A stretch of DNA of 51,155 nt from Gemmatimonadales bacterium (GTDB taxonomy: Bacteria; Gemmatimonadota; Gemmatimonadetes; Gemmatimonadales; JACORV01): positions 1-51,155 of the forward strand of contig JBIOIA010000001.1 of the NCBI GenBank assembly GCA_044449445.1. The letters are read 5' to 3'. Positions 19,379-28,334 of this stretch are shown piece after piece. How positions within the stretch are numbered: position 1 is the first letter of the stretch; the number at the start of each line of letters is the position of its first letter. The position numbers were made by a program, and so were the translations under genes. Under the pieces are notes generated by a model that made no database searches, was not told where the DNA came from, and worked only from the letters and a program-made list of their open reading frames with translations.

Positions 19379-21082
19379 TCAGTACCGCTGGAAGCTGAAC
19401 AGGTCGATCGTCGAAATCGGCATGCGGCTGCGCTCCACGTCGTCCGGCGCCGGCGCGGAGATCCCGAACTGGCGGCCGACGGTGAGCCTGAACTCGACTC
19501 CCTTGCCCCCCCGGAGTGGAACCGCGAGGTCGAGCCGGGTCGTGAGCCGCGAGCCGCTCGGAAAGCCGATCCGCAGGCCGCCGCCCGCGGCGACCAGCGT
19601 GCCCGTGTTCTCGCCGAACGGCGCGTCGCCGGCCCAGCCGCGCCCCACGTCCACGAAGGCGGCGGTGCCCAGGTCCAGGGCGCCGAACAGCGTGCCGAGA
19701 AAGTAGCGGTGTTCGGCCTGCACCACGACCCGCTGCCCGGCCGGGAGCGCGCTGAGGCCGAAGCCGCGCATCGTGCGCGGCGAACTCACGACCAATTGGA
19801 ACGGCGCGGTCGTGTGCCAGCCGCCGGCGCCCTGCGCCGTGAAGACCATGCCTCCGCGTTCACCGACGCCCGTGTACAGGAACGCGTCCACCGCGCCGAT
19901 CACGTCGTCCCATGCGTCCGTGTCGAGCAGGCGCCTCCCCTCGATTCGCCCGCGCAGGAAGCCGAGCGAATGGTCGCCGAACTCGGCGCCGACGTAGAGA
20001 TCGGCGAGGCCGAACACGTCGTGCTGGAGCCCTCCGCCCGAGCCTAACGTATGGCCCGCGATGGCGAGCACCTCCACGCCCTCGCGAATGTCCTCCGTCG
20101 CGTTGACCGCGTCCACGCCGGAGCGCGTCACGAAGCGCACGTCGCGCGCGCCGAGCATGAAGCTGGCGGCGACCCGGCGCCGCTCGGTGAACCGCCCCTG
20201 GAGCGCCGCCGCGGCGGCCGAGTCCTGGGCCGGATCGGACGCCAGCACCTGGTCGGTGATGAACAGCCGCTCGACCGACAGCGCGAGACCGGCCACCAGC
20301 TGCTTGCCGCGGCGGCCGATCCGCCCGATGGTGGCGAGTTCTGCGCCGGTGGACACCAGCGGCTGCGCGGCCGAGCCGAACACCGTCGAGACCATGGAGA
20401 AGGGCTCCTCGCGGTAGCGCACCGCGGCGCGCCAGCCCACGCGATCGTACTCGCTCTCGAACGGGCGGCGGAAGCTCAACTCCCAGTCGGGGCCCACGCT
20501 GGAACGCCCGGCCACCACCTCCGCGTCGGTGCGGCTGCCCATGAACTGGCGGTCCAGCACGTCGAATACCAGGCCCGCGTGCCGCCCGTAGTAATCGTAG
20601 TGCACCTGGCCCAGCATCCCACGGCCGAACAGGTCGTTCTCGGTGATCTGGATCGCTCTGAGCGCGCGCGGTCCGCTGGCGTTGACCGCGACGCTGCCGC
20701 CGAGCGCCCAGTCGTCACGCGTCACGACGTCCACGTCCACCGAGTCGCCTCGCACCAGCCGCGTCGTAATGACCGCCGAGCGGATGTAGCCGGGGCTCCG
20801 CAGCACGCGCGCGCTCTCGCGCAGCCGCTCCGGATCGCAGCGATCGCCCTCGGCGAACCGCAGCTCGCGACGCACTACGTCGGGATGGGTCTGCCAGCTT
20901 ATGGCGTTGGCGACGCCCTGGATGAGCGGCGGGAAGCGCCGGCCCTCGACATCGGTGACCGGAGCGGTGTGAATGGTGATGCGGCGAATCGGACGGCCAG
21001 CGCACACATTCTGCGCGGCGCTCGCGCGCAGCGGCGCGGCGAGCAGCAGCGCGGCCAGCGCCGCGGGCGCGGCGCGTTGCAC
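19379..21082 (-). CDS. Omp85/BamA-family outer-membrane protein (one POTRA-like domain plus beta-barrel)
   Basis: Track ORF, 567 aa. Signal peptide AALLLAAPLRASAAQ. POTRA-like IRRITIHT..VVRRELRFAEGDRCD. Gly/aromatic-rich alternating strands. C-terminal FSFQRY. Confidence 0.7.
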   Translation of the reverse strand: MQRAAPAALAALLLAAPLRASAAQNVCAGRPIRRITIHTAPVTDVEGRRFPPLIQGVANAISWQTHPDVVRRELRFAEGDRCDPERLRESARVLRSPGYIRSAVITTRLVRGDSVDVDVVTRDDWALGGSVAVNASGPRALRAIQITENDLFGRGMLGQVHYDYYGRHAGLVFDVLDRQFMGSRTDAEVVAGRSSVGPDWELSFRRPFESEYDRVGWRAAVRYREEPFSMVSTVFGSAAQPLVSTGAELATIGRIGRRGKQLVAGLALSVERLFITDQVLASDPAQDSAAAAALQGRFTERRRVAASFMLGARDVRFVTRSGVDAVNATEDIREGVEVLAIAGHTLGSGGGLQHDVFGLADLYVGAEFGDHSLGFLRGRIEGRRLLDTDAWDDVIGAVDAFLYTGVGERGGMVFTAQGAGGWHTTAPFQLVVSSPRTMRGFGLSALPAGQRVVVQAEHRYFLGTLFGALDLGTAAFVDVGRGWAGDAPFGENTGTLVAAGGGLRIGFPSGSRLTTRLDLAVPLRGGKGVEFRLTVGRQFGISAPAPDDVERSRMPISTIDLFSFQRY

Positions 21083-21649
21083 CTACTCGCGACCCATCTT
21101 CTTCTTCAGCTCCTCGAGCTTCGCGTCGGCCTGCGCCTCGCGCGCGGCGCGCTCCATGCGGCCCTTGAGCAGCTCGCCCTCGAGGTCGGTCTCGGGCCGA
21201 TCCATGCCTGCCCGGCCCAGGCCCTGCCAGGCCGCCTCCGCCGAGCGCTCCGACGCGAGCTTCGGATGCCGCGCTGCTTCCTGGAGCTGGGCCGTCATCT
21301 CGGCGAGCTCCTTCTCGGCCAGCGCGATCTCGTCCTTCTGCACGACGACCTTCTTCTCCAGGACCACCACCCGCTCGCCCAGCTTCGCGATGAACTTCTG
21401 CGCCACGGCGACGGTCTCTTCGTCCTTGATGCCCTCGGCCAGCGCGCGCCGACGCTGGGCCGTGGCCAGCTCCGCCCTCTGGTGCGACAGCAGCTCCTCG
21501 ACCTTCCCCAGCTCGGCCTGGAGGCCGCGCACCAGCGCCTTCTGCTCGATCACGGCCTCGCGCATCCGCGAGGCGATCTCCCCGAGATCGGGGGGCGGCG
21601 TCGCCGCGGCCAGCGCCCGCTCGAGCGCGTCACGCAGCTTCTCGAACAT
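21083..21649 (-). CDS. Coiled-coil protein, PspA/IM30-like (tentative)
   Basis: C-terminal 188 codons of track ORF 21083..22150, starting MFEKLRDALERAL. Heptad-rich, E/K/A/L-rich sequence. The stop abuts the Omp85 ATG (21082/21083). Its start overlaps the stop of the FmdB ORF by 1 nt. Confidence 0.55.
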   Translation of the reverse strand: MFEKLRDALERALAAATPPPDLGEIASRMREAVIEQKALVRGLQAELGKVEELLSHQRAELATAQRRRALAEGIKDEETVAVAQKFIAKLGERVVVLEKKVVVQKDEIALAEKELAEMTAQLQEAARHPKLASERSAEAAWQGLGRAGMDRPETDLEGELLKGRMERAAREAQADAKLEELKKKMGRE

Positions 21650-21807
21650 CAGCTCTTCCGGATCGTCTTGGCGTAGAACGCGGACGGAACCTGGTGGGTC
21701 TCGCGCGACTTGCACTTCGGGCAGGCGGGCGCGCCCGTGGCGCTGATCGGGCGCACGACCGTGAATCGCTCGGCACACCTGTCGCACTGGAATTCGTACG
21801 TCGGCAC
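21649..21807 (-). CDS. FmdB-family zinc-ribbon protein (52 aa; not in supplied ORF track)
   Basis: Own codon-by-codon translation: (GTG)PTYEFQCDRCAERFTVVRPISATGAPACPKCKSRETHQVPSAFYAKTIRKS*. The N-terminal PxYE(F/Y)xCxxC ... CPxC pattern is typical of the FmdB family. Confidence 0.7.
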   Translation of the reverse strand: MPTYEFQCDRCAERFTVVRPISATGAPACPKCKSRETHQVPSAFYAKTIRKS

Positions 21808-21861
21808 GACTGGAAATTGGGGGCCTTTGCGGCCCGCTGCAAGCAGACCGGACCCGAACGC

Positions 21862-22584
21862 CTACGCGGTCAGCCGGAACTCGTCCTCGACCTGGCGCAT
21901 CAGCCGCTCGGGCGAATGATGATGCGGGAACATCAGCCGGTCGCTGAGCCGGTTCAGGGCCACGCGCAGCTCGCCGAATCGCTCGCCCGCCGAGCGCAGC
22001 ACGCCGATCAGGCCGTAGTGTCCGGCGAGCGTATGGTCGCTCGCCATCAGGAAGCCCTTCCGGCCGAGCGCCTCGTAGTACGGCATCGGCGGACCGCCCT
22101 TGCGTGTGCGGCGCGCGGCGATATAGTCGGGAAAGATGCCCGTCAGCCACAGCGAGAAGTCCCCCAGGTGCACGCGCACCCGGAACTGGCGTTCGCCCTC
22201 CGCCCGGCCCGCCTCGGCGATCAGGTCCACGAGATAGGCGTAGCGGTTCTCCTCGTGCTCACCGACACGGTACGCGCGGTCCCCGCGCCCGAACGCCAGC
22301 ACCATCGCGGCGCAATAGTCGGTGACGGCCCGGTCGTCCACGCCCAGCTCGAGCAGCAGCCGACGCAGCACCACATAAAAGAAGAGGGACGGCGAAGGGC
22401 GCCGCAGGTCCCGGCTCTGGATCAGCGCGTCCATCAGCCGCGGATCGTCCCACAATGCATCGGGGCCCTCCTCGACCGCGCGCTGCGCCAGCCGGTGACG
22501 CTCGGCAGCGCTCCGGCCGAGCAGCTCGACCGCGAGTCGCATGTCTTCCGCCGTCAGCGATGCGCGAACCGACGTCGCGATCAT
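21862..22584 (-). CDS. Hypothetical protein (240 aa), no recognisable motif
   Basis: Track ORF 21862..22728 trimmed to the internal ATG at 22584 (MIATSVRASL). High GC3. The start is uncertain; an alternative ATG lies at 22542. Confidence 0.5.
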   Translation of the reverse strand: MIATSVRASLTAEDMRLAVELLGRSAAERHRLAQRAVEEGPDALWDDPRLMDALIQSRDLRRPSPSLFFYVVLRRLLLELGVDDRAVTDYCAAMVLAFGRGDRAYRVGEHEENRYAYLVDLIAEAGRAEGERQFRVRVHLGDFSLWLTGIFPDYIAARRTRKGGPPMPYYEALGRKGFLMASDHTLAGHYGLIGVLRSAGERFGELRVALNRLSDRLMFPHHHSPERLMRQVEDEFRLTA

Positions 22585-24454
22585 GGTTGACCCTCTCTCG
22601 GCCCTCGCCGAGCTCACCAGGTTCGGGCGCGTGCTCTCGGGCGCCCTCAGCCGCGAGACCGTCGCCTCCTGCACCAGGGACTGCCTCGTGCGCCTCTTCG
22701 CGCCCTCGGCCCTGGCCCTCGCGCTCACGGAGCCGAAGGACCGCCTGGGCCTCCTCGCCTCCTTCGGAAGTCCTACCCCGCGAGCCGACGATCCATTCCT
22801 GGCTGAAGTGCTGGCCGAAGACCGTGTCGTCCGTCACCGCGAGCCTGCGCGGGTTGGCACACGGCTCGTGGCCGCCGGTCACACGATGGGGGTTCTGGCA
22901 CTGTGGAGCAATAGCCCGGACGCATTCGCCGAGACGGATGAGGCGGTGCTCGCCGCGATCGGCGCGCAGGTGGCCATCGCGCTCCAGAACGCCAGCCTCA
23001 TCGCCATCCTCTCCTCGGGCAAGCGCGAATGGGAGCAGCTCGTGGACGCGATCCGCCCGGCCATCGCCGTGGTGGACGCGGCCGGCGCGATCCGCCGCGC
23101 GAACCAGGCGTTCGCGGGCCTGGTGGGATCGCCGGTGAAGGCGCTCACCGGCCGGCCGTGGCTGTTCCTGTTGCCCCCCGCCTGGGCCGACCCGATCGGC
23201 CGGGCGCTGAGCGCGCCGGACGGCGAGGGCGGCGAGATCCGGACCGACCAGCGCACGTTCACGGTCCGCGCGCATCCGCTCGCCGACGAGCCCGGCGTGT
23301 CGGTGCTGCTGATCGAGGACGTCACCGAGACGCGCCGCCTCCAGGAACAGCTGGTCCAGTCCGAGAAGCTGTCCGCGATCGGCCAGCTCATCGCCGGCGT
23401 GGCCCACGAGCTCAACAACCCCCTCGCCTCCGTGCTCGGCTTCGCGGATTTCCTGGGCGAGTCGGGCCAGATGCCCGCCGAGCTCGCCGAGCCGGTGCGC
23501 GTCATTCAACAGGAAGCGCAGCGCGCGGCCGGCATCGTGCGGAACCTGCTCACGTTCGCGCGCCGCCAGGAGCAGGACCACCGGCACGTGGACGTCGGCT
23601 CGATCCTCCAGCGCACGGTGCAGCTGCTGGGCAACCAGCTCGTCGGGCTCAAGGTCGAGCCGCGGCTCGAAATCGAGGCGGACCTTCCCGCCGTCGCGTG
23701 CAGCCCCAACCAACTCCAGCAGGTGTTCCTGAACCTGATCAACAACGCCGCCCAGGCCATCGCGAGCACCGGCAGCGGCGGCATCGTGACGATCTCGGCG
23801 CGCGCGTGGCTCGACGGCGTCGCGGTCGAGGTCAAGGACGACGGCCCTGGAATTCCGGACGACCTCCAGCAGCGTGTGTTCGAGCCGTTCTTCACCACCA
23901 AGCCCGCCGGCCAGGGCACCGGCCTCGGCCTCTCGATCTGCCAGGGCATCATCAAGGAGCACGGCGGGCGGATCACGCTGAAATCGAAGCGCGGCGAAGG
24001 CGCGACGTTCACGGTCGAGCTGCCGGCCGCGCGCCCCGAGCGGCCCGCGGCCGCCGTGGCGCCCAGCGCCTCGCGCGCCGGACCCGGCCGGATCCTGGTC
24101 GTGGACGACGAGCCCCACATTCTCCACTACATGCGCGCCACGCTCGAGGCGTGGGGCCACACGGTCGAAACCGCGGCCGACGGCGTCGACGCGCTCGCCA
24201 TCTCGCTCGGCGGCACGCACGACGTCATCATCACCGACGTCAGGATGCCGAAGCTCGGCGGCCGCGAATTCTACGAGCGGCTGTCGGCCGAGCGGCCGGA
24301 CGTGGCGGCCCGCGTCGTCTTCTCGACCGGCGACACGGTGCGTGACGACACCATGGCGTTTCTCGAGCGTTCGGGACGACCTTTCCTGCACAAACCTTTC
24401 AAGCTGGCCGAACTGCGCAGCATGTTGTCGGCCGCACTGGAGTCCGACCGATGA
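22583..24454 (+). CDS. Hybrid sensor histidine kinase (GAF-like, PAS-like, HisKA, HATPase_c, C-terminal receiver)
   Basis: Track ORF 22541..24454, ATG at 22583. H-box SAIGQLIAGVAHELNNPL, N-box LNLINNAAQA, DDGPGI, GTGLGLS. Receiver domain ILVVDDEP..ITDVRMPKLGG..HKPF. Confidence 0.85.
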   Translation: MVDPLSALAELTRFGRVLSGALSRETVASCTRDCLVRLFAPSALALALTEPKDRLGLLASFGSPTPRADDPFLAEVLAEDRVVRHREPARVGTRLVAAGHTMGVLALWSNSPDAFAETDEAVLAAIGAQVAIALQNASLIAILSSGKREWEQLVDAIRPAIAVVDAAGAIRRANQAFAGLVGSPVKALTGRPWLFLLPPAWADPIGRALSAPDGEGGEIRTDQRTFTVRAHPLADEPGVSVLLIEDVTETRRLQEQLVQSEKLSAIGQLIAGVAHELNNPLASVLGFADFLGESGQMPAELAEPVRVIQQEAQRAAGIVRNLLTFARRQEQDHRHVDVGSILQRTVQLLGNQLVGLKVEPRLEIEADLPAVACSPNQLQQVFLNLINNAAQAIASTGSGGIVTISARAWLDGVAVEVKDDGPGIPDDLQQRVFEPFFTTKPAGQGTGLGLSICQGIIKEHGGRITLKSKRGEGATFTVELPAARPERPAAAVAPSASRAGPGRILVVDDEPHILHYMRATLEAWGHTVETAADGVDALAISLGGTHDVIITDVRMPKLGGREFYERLSAERPDVAARVVFSTGDTVRDDTMAFLERSGRPFLHKPFKLAELRSMLSAALESDR

Positions 24455-25521
24455 AGCGCGCCCCGATCGTCCTCGTCATCGCGACCGTCCTGGCGGTCGC
24501 GAGCGTCCCCGCGTTGCTCATCAGCCGCGAGGGCGACCGCTTCGATCCCGATCACACCTGGGCGGAGGACACCGTGTTCACGGTCAGCCAGGTGCGGCCC
24601 GGCGTGTACTTCGCGACCGGCCGGCAGGGACAGCTGGTCGGCGCGAATTCCACCTTCATCGTGACCGACCGCGACGTCGTGCTCGTGGACGATCACATCA
24701 CGCAGCGCGCCGCGCGCGCGCTCGTGGCGGAAATCCGGCGCATCACCGACAAGCCGATCCGCTACGTCGTGGACACGCACTTCCACTACGACCACACCAG
24801 CGGCAACTCGATCTTCGGGCCCGAGGTGGAGATCTTCTCGCACCCGAAGACGCGCGAGCACCTCCTCGCGAGCGGACAGGAGACGATCCGGCAGCAGGCC
24901 GCGGCCCTCCCGGCCAGGATCACCGCGCTCAGGGCGCGCCGCGACACGACGCGCGGCGACTCATTGCGCGCGGCGCTCGGCGAGCAGATCGCCGGGCTCG
25001 AGGGTCAGCTGGAGGACTACCGGAGTCTGGTGGTCACGATGCCGTCGGCCACCGTGGACAGCTCGCTGGTGCTGTATCGCGGCGGCGGCCAGGAAATCCG
25101 CGTCTTCTACATGGGCCGCGGCCACACCGACGGCGACGTCGTGGTGCAGCTGCCCAGGGAGCGCCTGCTGATCGCGGGCGACCTCATCACCAACACGGCG
25201 GGCCCGCCGAACATGATGGACGGCTACGCGGGCGACTGGGGCGCGACGCTGCGGCGACTCGAGCAGCTCGACTTCACGACCACCCTGCCCGGCCACGGGC
25301 CGGTATTCGACGGGAAGCAGCGCTACGACGCGACGGCCGATTTCATGGACGATGTCTGGCGGCAGGTGCAGGCGGCCCGGGGCCGGGGGGCCACGCGCGA
25401 CAACGTGGCCTCGCAGCTCGACCTGGCCCGGCACCAGGCCACGTTCCCGGCGCTGCGCAACGGGATCAATCCCGTCTGGGCGCAGCGAATGTTCGACCTG
25501 TCGGCGGGGGTGATCCAGTAA
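24451..25521 (+). CDS. MBL-fold metallo-hydrolase with N-terminal signal/anchor
   Basis: Track ORF, 356 aa. ATGA overlap with the kinase stop. IVLVIATVLAVASVPALL, HFHYDH (HxHxDH), GHTDGD. Confidence 0.8.
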   Translation: MKRAPIVLVIATVLAVASVPALLISREGDRFDPDHTWAEDTVFTVSQVRPGVYFATGRQGQLVGANSTFIVTDRDVVLVDDHITQRAARALVAEIRRITDKPIRYVVDTHFHYDHTSGNSIFGPEVEIFSHPKTREHLLASGQETIRQQAAALPARITALRARRDTTRGDSLRAALGEQIAGLEGQLEDYRSLVVTMPSATVDSSLVLYRGGGQEIRVFYMGRGHTDGDVVVQLPRERLLIAGDLITNTAGPPNMMDGYAGDWGATLRRLEQLDFTTTLPGHGPVFDGKQRYDATADFMDDVWRQVQAARGRGATRDNVASQLDLARHQATFPALRNGINPVWAQRMFDLSAGVIQ

Positions 25522-25595
25522 ACCGAAGAGCTGCAATCGGTTAGGAACGCGCGGGGTGCCGCGCACCGGGCGACTGCGCTAGATTGCTGCTTCGC

Positions 25596-26624
25596 ATGAT
25601 CTACGTCCTGGTTCCCGCGCACAACGAGGCCCCGACCGTCGGGCTGCTGCTGTGGAAGATCCGGCAGCTGTTCACCTCGTTCAACCGCGAGTACCACCTG
25701 CTCGTGGTCAACGACGGCTCGACCGACGGCAGCGACGGCGTGCTCGCACCCTACACGCGCGCGCTTCCCCTCACATTGATCACACACCGCCAGCGCCGCG
25801 GCTACGCGCGGAGCCTGGAGGCGCTGCTGCGCGAGAGCATCCGACGCACCGACCGGCCGCGCCGCGACTTCGCGGTGACGATCCAGGCCGATTTCTCCGA
25901 ATCACCCGACGACCTGCTCGAGCTGATCAAGCGCCTCGAAGGCGGAGCCGACGTGGTGGTGCCCGATCGGCGCCGGCGCGCAGGCGCGGGACGCGTCGAG
26001 CGGTTCGCGCGCGGCACGCTCGCGAGGCTGGTGCGCGGCAAGCTGGCCCTCGAGGGAGCTTCCGACGTGGTCGGCACGATGCGCGGTTACCGGCTGACGG
26101 TGATCGAGCGGCTGGTGCGCGAGGCGGGCAACAGCCCGATCCTCTCGCGCGAAGGATGGGCCGCCGATCTCGAGCTGCTCGCACGGGTCTCCAGGCACGC
26201 GCGGCGCACCGAGTCGGTCGTCGTCACGGGCGAGCGGCACGAGAGCGCCAGGCCCTCGCGGCTCCGGCCGCTGGCCGAGGCGTGGCGCGCGCTGCGCGCC
26301 TCCGGATCGCTCACCGGTCCGCTGCCCGCGCATCCGATGCATGCCGACGTCGAGGAGCCGCGGGTTGAAGATCTGCCGCGCCCACTCGAGCACGCGCATA
26401 CGAAAGGCGACCGGGAGCCCAGGCGCGGCGAGCACCGGCACCGCGAGCACCGGCAGCATGAGCACCGGCAGCACGAACACCGGCAGCACGAGCATGCAGC
26501 CCGGCAGGGTGACGCCGCGCCGCAGGGCGCCGCCCCGCAAGAGGGCGGTTCGCGCCGCCGCCGCCGGCGTGGACGCGGCCGAGGCCGCGGCCCAAGGCCC
26601 GGCGCCCCGCCACCCGCCGCGTGA
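25596..26624 (+). CDS. Glycosyltransferase family 2 with about 100-aa His/Arg/Gly-rich low-complexity C-terminal tail
   Basis: Track ORF 25584..26624, ATG at 25596. MIYVLVPAHNEAPTVG, LLVVNDGSTDGS, GYARSLE. Tail: ..GEHRHREHRQHEHRQHEHRQHEHAARQ..SRRRRRRGRGRGRGPRPG. Confidence 0.75.
   Translation: MIYVLVPAHNEAPTVGLLLWKIRQLFTSFNREYHLLVVNDGSTDGSDGVLAPYTRALPLTLITHRQRRGYARSLEALLRESIRRTDRPRRDFAVTIQADFSESPDDLLELIKRLEGGADVVVPDRRRRAGAGRVERFARGTLARLVRGKLALEGASDVVGTMRGYRLTVIERLVREAGNSPILSREGWAADLELLARVSRHARRTESVVVTGERHESARPSRLRPLAEAWRALRASGSLTGPLPAHPMHADVEEPRVEDLPRPLEHAHTKGDREPRRGEHRHREHRQHEHRQHEHRQHEHAARQGDAAPQGAAPQEGGSRRRRRRGRGRGRGPRPGAPPPAA
26430..26495 (+). repeat. 15-bp in-frame tandem repeat, about 4.4 copies (GAGCACCGGCAGCAY), encoding (EHRQH)n
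   Basis: Units at 26430, 26445, 26460 and 26475, plus a partial unit at 26490. Copies differ by 1-3 nt. Confidence 0.9.
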
Positions 26625-27361
26625 TCCGCACAGTTGCGGCGCTGACCGCGCTGACCCTGCTCGGCGCGCAGCCCCCACGCGCGCAGCAAACCCCTGCGCC
26701 GGACTCGCTCCGCCAGCTGCCCTGGATCGTGGGCGAACACCTCGAGTTCCAGGTGAAGTTCGATCTGTTCAACGTCGGTCACGCTGCGATGGACGTCGTC
26801 GGCATCGACACGATCCGCGGCGAGCCCTGCTACCACGTGATGTTCACGATCCACGCGCACGCGATCTTCTATACGCTGAACGACTCGCTTCAATCGTGGT
26901 TCGGTGTGAACGACCTGGTGTCGCACCGCTTCACCCAGGACACGGACGACAACGGCACCCGGCGCATTCACCACTACGACCTGTTCCCGGAGCGCGGCCT
27001 CTGGATCAGGAACGGCACCGACTCCGGCGAAACCGTCGCCGACCCTCTCGACGATGCCTCGTTCTTCTTCTTCGCGCGCACCCTGCCCTTCGGGCCCGGC
27101 GAGACGTATTCGTTCCCGCGCTACTTCATCGCGGACCACAACCCGGTCACGATCCGGGTGCTGGGGCGCCAGACGATCCGCGTACCCGCCGGGCGGTTCC
27201 CGGCCGTGGCCGTGCGGCCGATCTTCAAGAGCGGCGGCATGTTCAGCCAGGGCGGCGAGGCGATCATCTGGTTCAGCGACGACAGCCTGCACATCCCGCT
27301 GAAGATCCGCACCAGCATGGTCGTGGGCACGCTCGAGATCAACCTGCGCTCGCGCAACTGA
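26621..27361 (+). CDS. DUF3108 domain-containing secreted protein
   Basis: Track ORF, 246 aa. GTGA overlap with the GT2 stop. Signal peptide ALTALTLLGAQPPRAQQ. LPWIVGEHLEFQVKFDLFNVGHAAMDV..GEPCYHV is typical of DUF3108 as recalled. Confidence 0.7.
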   Translation: MIRTVAALTALTLLGAQPPRAQQTPAPDSLRQLPWIVGEHLEFQVKFDLFNVGHAAMDVVGIDTIRGEPCYHVMFTIHAHAIFYTLNDSLQSWFGVNDLVSHRFTQDTDDNGTRRIHHYDLFPERGLWIRNGTDSGETVADPLDDASFFFFARTLPFGPGETYSFPRYFIADHNPVTIRVLGRQTIRVPAGRFPAVAVRPIFKSGGMFSQGGEAIIWFSDDSLHIPLKIRTSMVVGTLEINLRSRN

Positions 27362-27371
27362 GACGCGGGCG

Positions 27372-28334
27372 ATGAGCGAGCCGCGCTACACCGAAGCCGA
27401 TCTCTCCAGGATCCGATCGATCCCGATCGCGAAGCGCGCCAACAAGGTCAACCCCGCGCTGCTCGCCAAGCCGCCGCACGGCGGCTCCTTCGACGACTTC
27501 CTCGCCAGCCTGCCCGGCGTGCTCGGCGCCGAGAGCCTGCGCGCCGTGGTGGCGGCCGTCGCGGGCGCCGTCCGCGCGCGGCGCGGTATCATCGTCCAGA
27601 TCGGCGGACACGTCATCAAGACCGGGCTCGGCCCGCTCCTGCTCCACCTGATGAAGCGGGGCGCGATCACGCACCTGGCGATGAACAGCGCCGCGTCCAT
27701 CCACGACTTCGAGCTCGCCGCGTTCGGCGGCACCAGCGAGGACGTCGCGGCGGGGCTCAAGGACGGCACGTTCGGCATGGCCGAGGAAACCGGCACGGAG
27801 ATCAATGCGGCGATCAAGACCGGGGCCGGGAAGGACTGGGGACTCGGCGAGGCGCTGGGCCGTTACCTGAAGTCGAGGCGCGACCTGCCGGGCCGCGATG
27901 TGAGCGTGCTGCTCGGCGCATTCGAGCTCGGCGTGCCCGTCACCGTGCACGCTGCCATCGGCACCGACATCACGCACCAGCATCCCGCCGCCGACGGCGC
28001 CGCGATCGGCGCGACCAGCTTCCGCGATTTCCGCCGCCTCGCGGGCGCCGTGCCGTCGCTGCACGACGGCGGCGTCGTGATCAACCTCGGCAGCGCGGTG
28101 ATCATGCCCGAGGTGTTCCTCAAGGCGTTGACCGTCGCGCGCAACCTGGGCGGCGGGAAGCCGCAGCGGTTCGTGGCGGCGGACTTCGACATGATCCGCC
28201 ACTACCGGCCCCGCCTGAACGTCGTCGAACGGCCGACGGCCGAGAGCGGCGCGGGTTACAGTCTCACGGGCCATCACGAAATCCTCGTGCCGTTGCTGGT
28301 GTGGGGCGTGGATGCGGCGCTGCGCCAGCGCTAG
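27372..28334 (+). CDS. Deoxyhypusine synthase-like family protein (tentative)
   Basis: Track ORF, 320 aa. IGGHVIKTGLGPLLLHLMKRGAITHLAMNSAASIHDFE and VINLGSAVIMPEVFLKAL resemble bacterial DHS-family proteins. This call rests on memory only. Confidence 0.5.
   Translation: MSEPRYTEADLSRIRSIPIAKRANKVNPALLAKPPHGGSFDDFLASLPGVLGAESLRAVVAAVAGAVRARRGIIVQIGGHVIKTGLGPLLLHLMKRGAITHLAMNSAASIHDFELAAFGGTSEDVAAGLKDGTFGMAEETGTEINAAIKTGAGKDWGLGEALGRYLKSRRDLPGRDVSVLLGAFELGVPVTVHAAIGTDITHQHPAADGAAIGATSFRDFRRLAGAVPSLHDGGVVINLGSAVIMPEVFLKALTVARNLGGGKPQRFVAADFDMIRHYRPRLNVVERPTAESGAGYSLTGHHEILVPLLVWGVDAALRQR

Noticed and set aside
26430-26495. Short tandem repeat considered as a possible CRISPR or minisatellite.
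   Set aside because: The units are 15 bp, contiguous with no spacers, and in frame within a CDS encoding (EHRQH)n. This is a coding tandem repeat, not a CRISPR array.
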